Shown here in pieces: positions 8,866 through 18,165 of a stretch of DNA of 64,000 bases (its first letter is position 1; every line of letters begins with the position of its first letter). Below the pieces are notes generated by a model. The model worked only from the letters and a program-made list of their open reading frames with translations, did not search any database and was not told the DNA's origin. Made by a program: the position numbers and the translations under genes. Source of the DNA: Gemmatimonadota bacterium (GTDB lineage: Bacteria > Gemmatimonadota > Gemmatimonadetes > Palauibacterales > KS3-K002); contig JBDHJS010000026.1 in assembly GCA_039586795.1 (NCBI GenBank), positions 25,727 through 89,726 of the forward strand. The letters run 5' to 3'.

Positions 8866-11769
8866 TCAGAACGCGATGCCCGTCGCCAGGTAAACCGTTG
8901 GATCTCCCAGCGTTCTATCGAACGGAACCGCAAAGCCCAGCCGAAACCGGTACACGGCGGAGTAGTTCGCACCGAGGTCGACGGACAACTCCGTGCCAGC
9001 CGAAGCGATCACCTCGATATCGTCCGTATCGAACCACGCCGACCCCGCATCGACGAATACGGACGCCGACAACCGGTCAAGAAACAGCGGCCAAAGACCG
9101 TAGCCGCGGCCGACGAGTATAAGCGGGAGACGATACTCCAGGCTCGTAGCAACTATTCGGTCACCGAACTGGACACCCTCGCTGTATCCGCGCACGGGGT
9201 AAAAATCGCCGGCCCCGTAGTTGAAGCCGAAGCCGAAATCGATCGCTCTTCCCGGGATGCCACCCAACTCGAAGATGTCCGGACCGCGGTCTTCGGCATA
9301 GCTCGCACCGAAACTCAGCCGGCCGGCGATCACGTGGTTGGCGAAGCCGAACACGGGAAAGGATAGATATCCGCTCGCTAGCCCTTCCGCCGCTACCTCC
9401 CAGCGACCGAAATCATCCGCCAGTCGCTGGTGCGACAACAGCAGCGATGCCCGCCAGCCCTTCTCTGCGCTGACCGAGCGGGGGTAGCCCCGCGCCCGGG
9501 TGAATCCGATGAGCAGCAAGGCTTCGAGATCAGTGAATGTCGAGTCAACCAACTGAACTCCGCCTGTAGGTTCTAGCTTCACGTGCTGAACGCCCACACC
9601 CGGAACGACGCTCAGCGCGTTCTGGATCCGAGGGCGAAGGAAGTTGGCCGACAGAACCAGGTCTCGTTCACGCTCAACGGTGGTGAATACTGTCCCGGTG
9701 CTCGTGCTGCGGAGCACCTCATCCCACTCTTGAGAGACACTGATTCCCAACACCGGGTTGCCGAATCCAGCATAGGAGTATGTGACTCGCGCCTCGGGCT
9801 TCTCGACCCCGGTTCGCCAACCGGCGAGGATTCCGTAGCGGTGGCGGCGGATATCGTCGGTGCCGGCGACCAACACGCCAATGAAATCACCGGCCAGCTC
9901 ATCGCTGTTTAGGGTGAAGACAGGAAGCCAGGCCTTCGGCCACAACGAGGGGAACGGGTTATATGACCGGACATCACTTGCACTGCTGACGCCGTTGTCG
10001 GATGGCGGGACCGGTGGCTCTCGCAACTCGCGCCAGCCCGGGTCCGCCAACTCCCAGGTTGTCGTGTCGAACGGTATGCGCTCGATGCGCACCCCCCGGT
10101 GGTAGTTCGCGGCATAGGCGATCCAGCGACCATCCGGCGACATATCAGGGTCGCTGGCGCCGCTGGCGGTCCGGGTCACGCGCCACACCTTACCATCGTC
10201 CACACCCGCTTCCGGTGACAGCGTGGCATAGATGTCGTACGGTCCATTCCGGTCCGACGCCCACAGCAGGTAACGCCCATCGGCCGACCAAGCGGGCGCC
10301 ACATCCGCGGCCTCGTCTTCCGTTATCCGCTGCACCAGTCGGCCGCTCCGGTCGACAACGACGATGTCGAGCACCTCTCCTTGCATCCAGCGCTCTGCAG
10401 CGATGTATCGACCGTTCGGCGACCAGCGCGGGTGGTCCCAGTTCACACCGTATTCGAATTCGGTGATCGGTTGGGCTTCGAGGGTCGCGGGATCAATCTC
10501 TACCAGACGATTCGTTCCGCGGCCCGTCTCGATCGCAACGAGCGAGACGCCGTCAGGAGACATGTCGGGAGACGCGTAGCGCGCGCCCTTCGTCAGTCGT
10601 CGCTCCTTTCCACTTCGCGCGTCGACTGTATAAAGGTCGCTGTAGATGTCGTATCGATCAGCGAACTCGACCTGACTCAGATACACGACAGATCCGTCCG
10701 CCGCCCACGCGTTACCGCCGGACCCGTTACGCCTCGTGCGAACGACGTCCACTCCGGTTGCCGGGTCGATGACTACCGTAGCGGGGTCGTCGCGTGGTGT
10801 GATGTAGGTAAACGCGAGACGTTTGCCATCCCGGGAGTAGCGGGGAGTGGAGACGTTCCAGGCAAACTCGCTGAGCGGCTCACCGACGATCCAACCGCCC
10901 GCGCGCACCGAGTCCGCGAACGCTGTCGAGTAGGCCGCGAAACGCTCGCTCCAGTCCTCCCAGCTTCCGGTGAGAGTCTGCCCGTATAAAGGAGACGACG
11001 CCCAGTTCAGAGTGTACGGCAGACGCCTCGAGCCCTTTCTGGCAAGCTCCGCAAGCGTGCTATCACCATTCTGCTCGGCCACGTCGCGAAAGTACATCCC
11101 GCCGTAGGCGTACGGCGTCGTTCCAGACGGGAATATCGGAGCCAGTCCGTCCGCGGCGTCCACGGTTCGGAACGCGTTGTCCTCAGCGTCATTGCTCAAC
11201 AGCATGTCAAAGGTGCTGCCGTACGCACGCCCCGCCCCCGTGAGTCGCGACTCGTAGTACGATGGCAGCCCCTCGATCACCCACTGGGGCTGATAGAAGC
11301 CAGGGAAGAACGCCGGCACGCGACCGAACACGAACTGCGCGACACCCCAGATTCCATCCGCTCGATCGAGGTGAAAGATGTGCGTCAGTTCGTGAACCAG
11401 GGCATTGTTCAACCAATCCGTGTAGTAGTTCAACTGCCGCACGGTGAGTTGCGGCGCGGCGATCAACACAACACGGTTGTCAGGAATCGGGGTGGCTGAT
11501 GCGTTCGGTCTGTCCGTGAAATCGGTGATGACCAGCGCGATTCGACCCTTCGGCGGCTCGATGAAGTGTTCGGAAAGCGCAGCGTAGGCCCACTCGGCGC
11601 TCACCGACGCCCGCCGAGCAAACGGCTCCATCCCTTCGGGGAAGATGACCCGGAAGTGATCGGTCTCGAACTGTAAGTATTTCTCGTCAGGTGGCACCTG
11701 CGCTCCGGCAACAGACGCCACTGACAATGACATCAGCGCAGCGGCAGCCAGTCGCCGGAGGCAGCTCAT
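8866..11769 (-). CDS. Omp85/BamA-TamA-type outer membrane protein with an N-terminal HExxH metallopeptidase-like domain and PD40/TolB propeller repeats
   Basis: Signal peptide; VHELTH..EG; repeated SPDG/WSPNG/WSADG; barrel motif VRGY; FVDAG; C-terminal Phe. Confidence 0.8.
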   Translation of the reverse strand: MSCLRRLAAAALMSLSVASVAGAQVPPDEKYLQFETDHFRVIFPEGMEPFARRASVSAEWAYAALSEHFIEPPKGRIALVITDFTDRPNASATPIPDNRVVLIAAPQLTVRQLNYYTDWLNNALVHELTHIFHLDRADGIWGVAQFVFGRVPAFFPGFYQPQWVIEGLPSYYESRLTGAGRAYGSTFDMLLSNDAEDNAFRTVDAADGLAPIFPSGTTPYAYGGMYFRDVAEQNGDSTLAELARKGSRRLPYTLNWASSPLYGQTLTGSWEDWSERFAAYSTAFADSVRAGGWIVGEPLSEFAWNVSTPRYSRDGKRLAFTYITPRDDPATVVIDPATGVDVVRTRRNGSGGNAWAADGSVVYLSQVEFADRYDIYSDLYTVDARSGKERRLTKGARYASPDMSPDGVSLVAIETGRGTNRLVEIDPATLEAQPITEFEYGVNWDHPRWSPNGRYIAAERWMQGEVLDIVVVDRSGRLVQRITEDEAADVAPAWSADGRYLLWASDRNGPYDIYATLSPEAGVDDGKVWRVTRTASGASDPDMSPDGRWIAYAANYHRGVRIERIPFDTTTWELADPGWRELREPPVPPSDNGVSSASDVRSYNPFPSLWPKAWLPVFTLNSDELAGDFIGVLVAGTDDIRRHRYGILAGWRTGVEKPEARVTYSYAGFGNPVLGISVSQEWDEVLRSTSTGTVFTTVERERDLVLSANFLRPRIQNALSVVPGVGVQHVKLEPTGGVQLVDSTFTDLEALLLIGFTRARGYPRSVSAEKGWRASLLLSHQRLADDFGRWEVAAEGLASGYLSFPVFGFANHVIAGRLSFGASYAEDRGPDIFELGGIPGRAIDFGFGFNYGAGDFYPVRGYSEGVQFGDRIVATSLEYRLPLILVGRGYGLWPLFLDRLSASVFVDAGSAWFDTDDIEVIASAGTELSVDLGANYSAVYRFRLGFAVPFDRTLGDPTVYLATGIAF

Positions 11770-13880
11770 TCCATCCTCCCCAGCACGAACGCGCGCAGCC
11801 CCTCGACCACACCCCGCGCGTAGGCCTCCTGATAATCAGGGTCTCGCAAACCTGCCTCCTGGGCCGGGATCATCATGAACGCACCCTCGGTCAACGCCGC
11901 GGGCATCCAGGTTGGCCGGGCCAGGGCAAGGCTCGAGCGACCGTAGCCAAGGTCGGGAAGACCCATCCAATCCAGAAGACCCCGCTGCAGTGCCTGCGCC
12001 AGGTCCTGCGACTGCGGGTGGAAGTAGTAGACGCTGGTACCGTGGTTGGCGAACGGATCCACGCCATCCGGTAGAGCGTTGTTGTGGATCGAGACCAGTA
12101 CGTGCGCATCGAGAAGCTCAGCAATGTACGTTCGGTCGTAGAGCCGCACCTGGCCACGATCTGTGCGGGTCATGATGGCTCGAACTCCCTCCGCTTCCAA
12201 CAGACGCTTCAATCGGAATGCGATGGCAAGGTTCGCGTCTCCTTCGTACAACCGGGTTGGGCCCGTAGCTCCCGCAGGTGGATGCCCGGCATCAACGGCT
12301 ACGACCAAACCGGATAGTGGCGCCCTCGAGTCGAGGCGCGGCGCCTTGCGTATCTCCAACAACAGCCCGCCGCCAACATATTTCACGCGGTAGCCCCAGG
12401 GCCGCCCTGCCAGATCGACGTGAAGCACGTAGCGCTCCGAGTCGACCTGCTCCCAGCGGGCGATCCGAACGAACTCCTCTTCGGGACCGTACCGCAACCA
12501 GTCCGTACTCGAGTACGCGCCGTACAGGATCAGCGAGATCCGTCGGTCATCGACCTCCACCTGGTACGGCACCGGGTGACTGACCTCGACCCGGGCCTCT
12601 ACCCTGTCGGGCAACCCCTTGAACCTCACCGTCCCTACCCGCGCCCGCGCCGGCAACCGCACCCCGGGAAGCGGCGCCAGCTCGTCGAGCGCTACCCATG
12701 CCTCGGTTCGACCGTCCAACACCACCCGCACCGCTCCGTTTCGTCGACCCGTGACACGAACCCGGACTCCGTCCTTCCACATCCAGAGCGTCGTTGCGCC
12801 CGGCGCCGCTCGCCCCACAATGAAACCGTCGCTTCCAATGTTCGACGGCTCTTCTCTCAGTTCCGCTGTCGTCGCTCCGTTTTGCGCAACCCACAGGTCT
12901 AGAGGCAGTGGCGTGCGGACCGTGTCGTCATTCAGCACGACTTCCAGGACGGCGCAGTTCAGCGGCATCGTGTGTTCTGGAATGTCTCGAGTGCTGTCTG
13001 CATCGACCGCCGCCGTATCTTGATCGACTTCGACAACCTCGATCACGCTCGGCTCGGCCGTTGAGTCCGGTAGTGCTGTGAACGTATCCGCAACAACCTC
13101 GCTGCGCTCTTGTTGCGGAGGCGCGCAATACGTTGGCACTCCCGATAGGTCCGCTGAGAGAGGTGGGAGTTCGGGACTGCCGAGTCCCCTTCCTATACCG
13201 CCGTACGCTATCAACTCCCCTCTGTAGATTCCGGAGGCAGTCGCGGATCCCGCGTTCGTCGGGACCTGTCCAAATACCCAGTTCGCATTCGAGTTGCTCG
13301 ACCTGGTGGTGACCTCGCGAAGCTCTAGCTCGCTGCTGTCCGGTAGCAGCAGCCTCACGCGAGCGCCGGGGGACGCCCGCACGCCGATCGGTACGACCTC
13401 TCGCTCGCGCACCCACCACGCGCCGCGCGGCGTTGCCGTCGCCGGATCCAACACTACCGAATCCGTCGTCAGGGGCTCTGGCGAGCGGGGCAAGCGTACG
13501 GTGTGCTCTTCTCGCACCTCCTGCCCACCCAACGCAGCAGTCAACCGATAGGTGCCAACCGAGTCTCCCGGCATACCGGGGACCGGAAGCCAGGCGAGAA
13601 ACGATCCGTTGGGTTCGACGCGCACGTCGTCGCCGTTGATCACCAGCTGCGCCGCACCATTCCCTACCGAGCCGAAGATGAAGTTGGAGTCTCGTGCGGT
13701 GATGAAGGCGGAGTCTCGCGGGTAGACTACGTCGATAACCAGCTCACCGTGACGCGGGGGAATCGGCGGTGGACCGACAACCGTGGGCGGATGCCCGGCA
13801 CAAGCCGTCACGATCGTTAGAACGACGGCCGACAACGCCACACGCACAAACCCTTCGCCATCCAGTCGCAGGATCGACAC
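11766..13880 (-). CDS. N-acetylmuramoyl-L-alanine amidase (Amidase_3), probable lipoprotein
   Basis: Lipobox-like VTAC; VDAGH, EGDANL, LVSIHNNA and LTEGAF motifs in the C-terminal domain. Confidence 0.85.
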   Translation of the reverse strand: MSILRLDGEGFVRVALSAVVLTIVTACAGHPPTVVGPPPIPPRHGELVIDVVYPRDSAFITARDSNFIFGSVGNGAAQLVINGDDVRVEPNGSFLAWLPVPGMPGDSVGTYRLTAALGGQEVREEHTVRLPRSPEPLTTDSVVLDPATATPRGAWWVREREVVPIGVRASPGARVRLLLPDSSELELREVTTRSSNSNANWVFGQVPTNAGSATASGIYRGELIAYGGIGRGLGSPELPPLSADLSGVPTYCAPPQQERSEVVADTFTALPDSTAEPSVIEVVEVDQDTAAVDADSTRDIPEHTMPLNCAVLEVVLNDDTVRTPLPLDLWVAQNGATTAELREEPSNIGSDGFIVGRAAPGATTLWMWKDGVRVRVTGRRNGAVRVVLDGRTEAWVALDELAPLPGVRLPARARVGTVRFKGLPDRVEARVEVSHPVPYQVEVDDRRISLILYGAYSSTDWLRYGPEEEFVRIARWEQVDSERYVLHVDLAGRPWGYRVKYVGGGLLLEIRKAPRLDSRAPLSGLVVAVDAGHPPAGATGPTRLYEGDANLAIAFRLKRLLEAEGVRAIMTRTDRGQVRLYDRTYIAELLDAHVLVSIHNNALPDGVDPFANHGTSVYYFHPQSQDLAQALQRGLLDWMGLPDLGYGRSSLALARPTWMPAALTEGAFMMIPAQEAGLRDPDYQEAYARGVVEGLRAFVLGRME

Positions 13881-13913
13881 CTCGCTGTAACGAGTGACCT
13901 CAACCTCGTGCGG

Positions 13914-13943
13914 AATCTACGCCCTATGTTCGCCGGCGGTCAA
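13914..13943 (-). promoter_or_regulatory. Putative sigma70 promoter for the amidase-Omp85-gammaCA unit
   Basis: TTGACC-N18-TAGATT. Confidence 0.5.
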
Positions 13944-13962
13944 AAAGTCGACAGAGCTCGAA

Positions 13963-15556
13963 TCACTCGGCAAGACGAGCCCGGCCCGCTTTGACGCGGC
14001 TGAGCAGTAGAAGCATGACCGCCGCGAAGATAGCGACCAGGCCAGAACGCACATCGGCTCCCAGGTCCTGAAGCGGCTCCAGCCCGGTGGCCACTCGCTG
14101 ACGCTTCCAGCCTGGCCCGCCGGGTCTCGTTCGGCGATAGAACTCGTTGAGTGTCTCCTGCGACTCGGGCCGCGTGAGGAACATCGCCGGAATCCAGATC
14201 GCGGCCGAGCCGAACGCGGTCACCGCCAGGCGCACGCCGAAGTCCATGTCGCCAAACGCCGGCAGATAAGACAGAAGCGCAATGCCCATACCGGCGAACA
14301 TCGCCGCCAGCTCGGCCCACGCATTCACCCTCCACCAGAACCATCTCAGTATCAACACGGCGCCTGGTCCCGTGCCGATGGCAATCATGAAACGAAAAAC
14401 GGTGCCTATGTCCTGAGCGAAAAAGGCCGCGGTACCGGCGAGCGCGACGATAACGACCGAGGCCAGGCGACCCACACGCACACGCTCCCGGTCACCAGCA
14501 TCGGGATGCGCCCAACGCACGTATAGATCGTTCACGATGTAGCTGGCGCCCCAATTGATCAGCGTAGAGACGGTGGACATGAAGGCGGCGACCAATTTCG
14601 GGGTCGGCCAGATTCGGGTACAGGATTACCGCAACGAGCGCCACGATGATCCACGGCCAGGTCCGAACGGCGTAGTGCAGGACGTTGAAGAGCCAGCCTG
14701 CCTTCTGCGCGTCCGCCTCTGTCTTCGAGGCGATGAAACGCTGGATGAACTGGCCGCCACCGTCGGTATTTCGGAACGCCCACCATTGGATCCCGATGTA
14801 GGCGAGGAATGTCGTCATCGATAGTTGCGCAACGTCGGACCAGGGCATGAAGTTCAGACTATCGCCAAGCCCGCGCTCTACTAACATCGCCTTCATGCCC
14901 GAGATACCGCCCACATCGGGCAGCGCGAAGAAGGCGACGAGCAGCGCGCCAACCAGCGCGAGAACGAATTGAATGAAGTCGGTGGCCACGACTCCCCACA
15001 GACCCGCCAGTCCGGCGTAGATCAACACGAACACCGACAGCGCCACGACGATCCATATGCGCGGTTCGCCGGGAAGACTGATCGCCATGGCATCCCATAG
15101 TCCGAGCGCCTCGATCACCTTCCGCATGGCGAGCATCGCGTAGCCCATACCGATGCAATTGATGGGCACAGCGAAGATGAAGGCTCGGGATCCCCTCAGC
15201 AGCGCAGCCGGCGCACCACCATACCGCAGTTCGGTCAGCTCTATGTCCGTCACTACTTCACTACGACGCCAGAGTCGCGCGAAGAGGTAGATCATCAGCA
15301 CGTGCGTGATCGCGAATGCCCACCATTCCCAGTTGCCCGCGATGCCGCGACGAGCGACGAGACCCGTCACATAGAGCGGCGTATCGACACTGAACGTCGT
15401 GGCGGCCATCGAGGTCCCGGCAAGCCACCACGGCAACGCTCTTCCTCCGATGAAGAACTCAGCGAAGCTCTTCGCGCCGCGGCGCGAAAACCAGATTCCT
15501 ATGAAGAGAGTGCCAACCAGGTAGGCGGCGATGACCAGCCAATCGATGGCCGTCAT
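13963..15556 (-). pseudogene. Sodium:solute symporter (SSS) family gene split by a frameshifting internal deletion
   Basis: N-part MTAIDWLV..GRALPWW..ATTFSVDT..LYPNLADPEIG and C-part LVAAFMSTVSTLINWGASY.. are in different frames and meet at TTGGT (14591-14595). Confidence 0.8.
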
Positions 15557-17019
15557 CGATCGAGCGACCCCACCAGCCGTGCCGCCACGGCCTCCTGCAT
15601 GAGCGGATCGCCATTCCAAGCACATATAACGTTCGCCGCCGCGGGCAGCTGATCGGCTAGCCGCGGGTGCCCGAACAGAATCAGCGTTGCATCGAATGAC
15701 CGATCCAAACCACGAGTGACCTCGTCGATAGTCGAAGCGGCGAGCCCTGATCGACCCTTCCATCCCCTCACTTCGGAGAACAGAGCCACAAGATCGCCCC
15801 CTGCCCCGCCCGACTCGGAGTCGTTCACCGCCACATCGCGCTGCTCCAACGCTCGCTCCAGTACACCCCGATCCGGACTCGCACCCGTAGGCCCGGCAAA
15901 CGGCGCGGCCTCGATGGCGACGGCGTCATCATCCACCACCTGCAGGTTGACCTTCTGAGCCGGCCGCAGCTCTGGGAAGGTGCCACGGACTTGCATCACC
16001 GACGCAGCGGCCATTTCCAGGGCGCGCTCGTGGCTTGGCGCCGGTATAAGATCATCTCCGACGAACGGCACCGACTCCGCCACGATCTCGATGCGCCTAA
16101 CAGCCGATCCAACCCTATCATCGGTGAGCGTCCCATCGTGCAGCGCTTCGTTCAGCGCAACCACGGTCGCCTCCGCCGAGCTCGGGTAGAGCACAGCATC
16201 GCAGCCGGCTCGAACAGCTTCAACGGTCGCCTGCGTGGGTGTCAGACCGACGGCGGACACCGCCTCCATGATCATCGCATCCGTTACGATGAGTCCGCGG
16301 AAACCCAACTCTTCGCGCAGCAATCCGATGATCTCCGGCGACAGGCTCGCCGGCTTGCCCGACGGATCGATCGTCGGATACGCCACGTGCGCCATCATGA
16401 TGGACTGGACGCCCGCCTCAATCGCTGCGCGGAATGCCGTAATGTCGTGCTCTAGCTCCTGTCGATTGACGTCCACTACCGGGAGTTCCTGGTGAGAATC
16501 GACCGTGGTACGGCCATGACCCGGAAAGTGTTTGGCGCACGCGATGACGCCTTCCGCCTGCGCCGCTTTCACCCAACTCCTCACCTGGTCCGCCACAGCC
16601 AGGACGCCAGACCCGAAGCTGCGCGTTCCGATGATCGGGTTGGCCGGCTCGACATCGAGGTCGGCCACCGGACCAAGGATCCACGAGATCCCGGCCGAAG
16701 CGGCCTCCTGCGCTGTCAATCGAGCGGCCTCGAACAGCGCCTGGTCGTCCAGGTTCGATAGCGCTGCCGCAGGAGGCAACGGCGTCGCCTCGGCAAGCTG
16801 CTGACCGGCGCCCCGTTCGAGATCTGCCGCGAACAGCAATGGGCGTCCCGCATGCTCGTTCGCTTGTGTCACCAGCTTCTGCATGGCGGTGACGCCACCG
16901 CCAAACACGACAAAGCCACCGACGCCCAGCTCGACGGTACTTCGCACCTCCGGCCACACCTCGTCGACACTGCGGCCGCTCCAGCGAAGGGCAGGAAAGA
17001 CGAGCCGAGCCGGGTTCAT
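15553..17019 (-). CDS. nagZ: GH3 beta-N-acetylhexosaminidase (NagZ-like)
   Basis: ADLERG, RSFG, KHFPGHG-x4-DSH and VTDA motifs; ATGA overlap with anmK; no signal peptide. Confidence 0.85.
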   Translation of the reverse strand: MNPARLVFPALRWSGRSVDEVWPEVRSTVELGVGGFVVFGGGVTAMQKLVTQANEHAGRPLLFAADLERGAGQQLAEATPLPPAAALSNLDDQALFEAARLTAQEAASAGISWILGPVADLDVEPANPIIGTRSFGSGVLAVADQVRSWVKAAQAEGVIACAKHFPGHGRTTVDSHQELPVVDVNRQELEHDITAFRAAIEAGVQSIMMAHVAYPTIDPSGKPASLSPEIIGLLREELGFRGLIVTDAMIMEAVSAVGLTPTQATVEAVRAGCDAVLYPSSAEATVVALNEALHDGTLTDDRVGSAVRRIEIVAESVPFVGDDLIPAPSHERALEMAAASVMQVRGTFPELRPAQKVNLQVVDDDAVAIEAAPFAGPTGASPDRGVLERALEQRDVAVNDSESGGAGGDLVALFSEVRGWKGRSGLAASTIDEVTRGLDRSFDATLILFGHPRLADQLPAAANVICAWNGDPLMQEAVAARLVGSLDR

Positions 17020-18158
17020 GGGGGCGTAAGCTTCCCGAGCAAGCGCGGACCCCCGGCGCCCGTTACTGAAGGCAGGTTGCCCGGCTCTCCCGCCTGGAAG
17101 AGGTGGGCGAGAATCGCAAACGCCGCCGCCTCCTTGGCGTCCGGGTCCCAACCGAGCGCTGACAGATCGGTCACCGGAATCGGGTCGAGCCGTTCGGACA
17201 GCATCGCCATGAGCGCCGGGTTGCGCGCACCACCGCCGGACACGATGCACTCACCGGGGGTCAGCTCGGCCGGCACCAGTTTACCGTACGAATCGGCGAT
17301 TGCCTGCGCCGTCAATGCCGTGGCGCTCGCTACCAGATCATCATCAGTCAGGCCCAACTCCCTCCCGTGCCCGATCAGGTCTACGGCGTAGGGCTCCCCA
17401 TAGCGCTCGCGGCCGGTGGACTTGGGGGGAGGCTGCCCGAAGTAGGGGTCGTCCAGCAAGGCAGCGATCAACTCATCGCTGACACGCCCTGCGAACGCGC
17501 GCTGCCCGTCTTCATCTAAGCGCTCGTTCCCGTCGCTGAGGATCTCCACCACCGAGTCGATAACAACAACACCGGGGCCGGTATCGAACGCGATGATAGG
17601 CGCGTCAGACCCCTCCGGCGGCAAGATCGTCACGTTGGCGATGCCTCCGATGTTCTGCATCGCGCGCGTGCCGTCGGATATCGAGAACAGAAGTTGATCA
17701 ACGATCGGGACCAGCGGCGCTCCATGGCCTCCGGCCGCAACGTCTCTGGCCCTGAAGTCCGATATGACCGGCGCGCCGAGCCGTTCGGCGATCACCGCCG
17801 GTTCACCCAGCTGCATCGTTGCGCCCGACCGCCCGGCAACAGGCGGCTCATGCCAAATCGTCTGACCGTGACTACCGACGGCCGCGATATCCGTAGCCGA
17901 GACACCCGCGGCTTCGAGCAATCGCTCCGCCGCCGTTGCGAACCACTCGCCGAGTATCACGTTCACGCGGCAAAGCTGCTCAGCATCTCCGGATAGAGAT
18001 TGCTTCAGCAGCTGTCGCTGTTCCGGCTGATACGAGATCGAGATGAACGCTTCGAGCCGGGCACCGAGCTGACCGTCACGCACATCGATTTCGACCAGTG
18101 CCGCGTCGATGCCATCGAGGGAGGTGCCGGACATCAATCCGAGGTAGGTGAGCGACAT
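17016..18158 (-). CDS. anmK: Anhydro-N-acetylmuramic acid kinase
   Basis: GLMSGTSLDG, GSHGQT, DFRARD..GGHGAPL, NIGGIAN, FDTGPG, PKSTGRE and KEAAAFA motifs. Confidence 0.95.
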   Translation of the reverse strand: MSLTYLGLMSGTSLDGIDAALVEIDVRDGQLGARLEAFISISYQPEQRQLLKQSLSGDAEQLCRVNVILGEWFATAAERLLEAAGVSATDIAAVGSHGQTIWHEPPVAGRSGATMQLGEPAVIAERLGAPVISDFRARDVAAGGHGAPLVPIVDQLLFSISDGTRAMQNIGGIANVTILPPEGSDAPIIAFDTGPGVVVIDSVVEILSDGNERLDEDGQRAFAGRVSDELIAALLDDPYFGQPPPKSTGRERYGEPYAVDLIGHGRELGLTDDDLVASATALTAQAIADSYGKLVPAELTPGECIVSGGGARNPALMAMLSERLDPIPVTDLSALGWDPDAKEAAAFAILAHLFQAGEPGNLPSVTGAGGPRLLGKLTPP

Positions 18159-18165
18159 ATTGTAT

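Noticed and set aside
8669..8866. Frameshifted alternative start (MFFFIFSNGG) for the gamma-CA gene
   Set aside because: The TTG at 8832 has a well-placed GGAGG, so no frameshift is needed
14585..14600. Programmed ribosomal frameshift in the SSS gene
   Set aside because: No slippery heptamer, and conserved coding sequence appears to be missing, which fits a deletion
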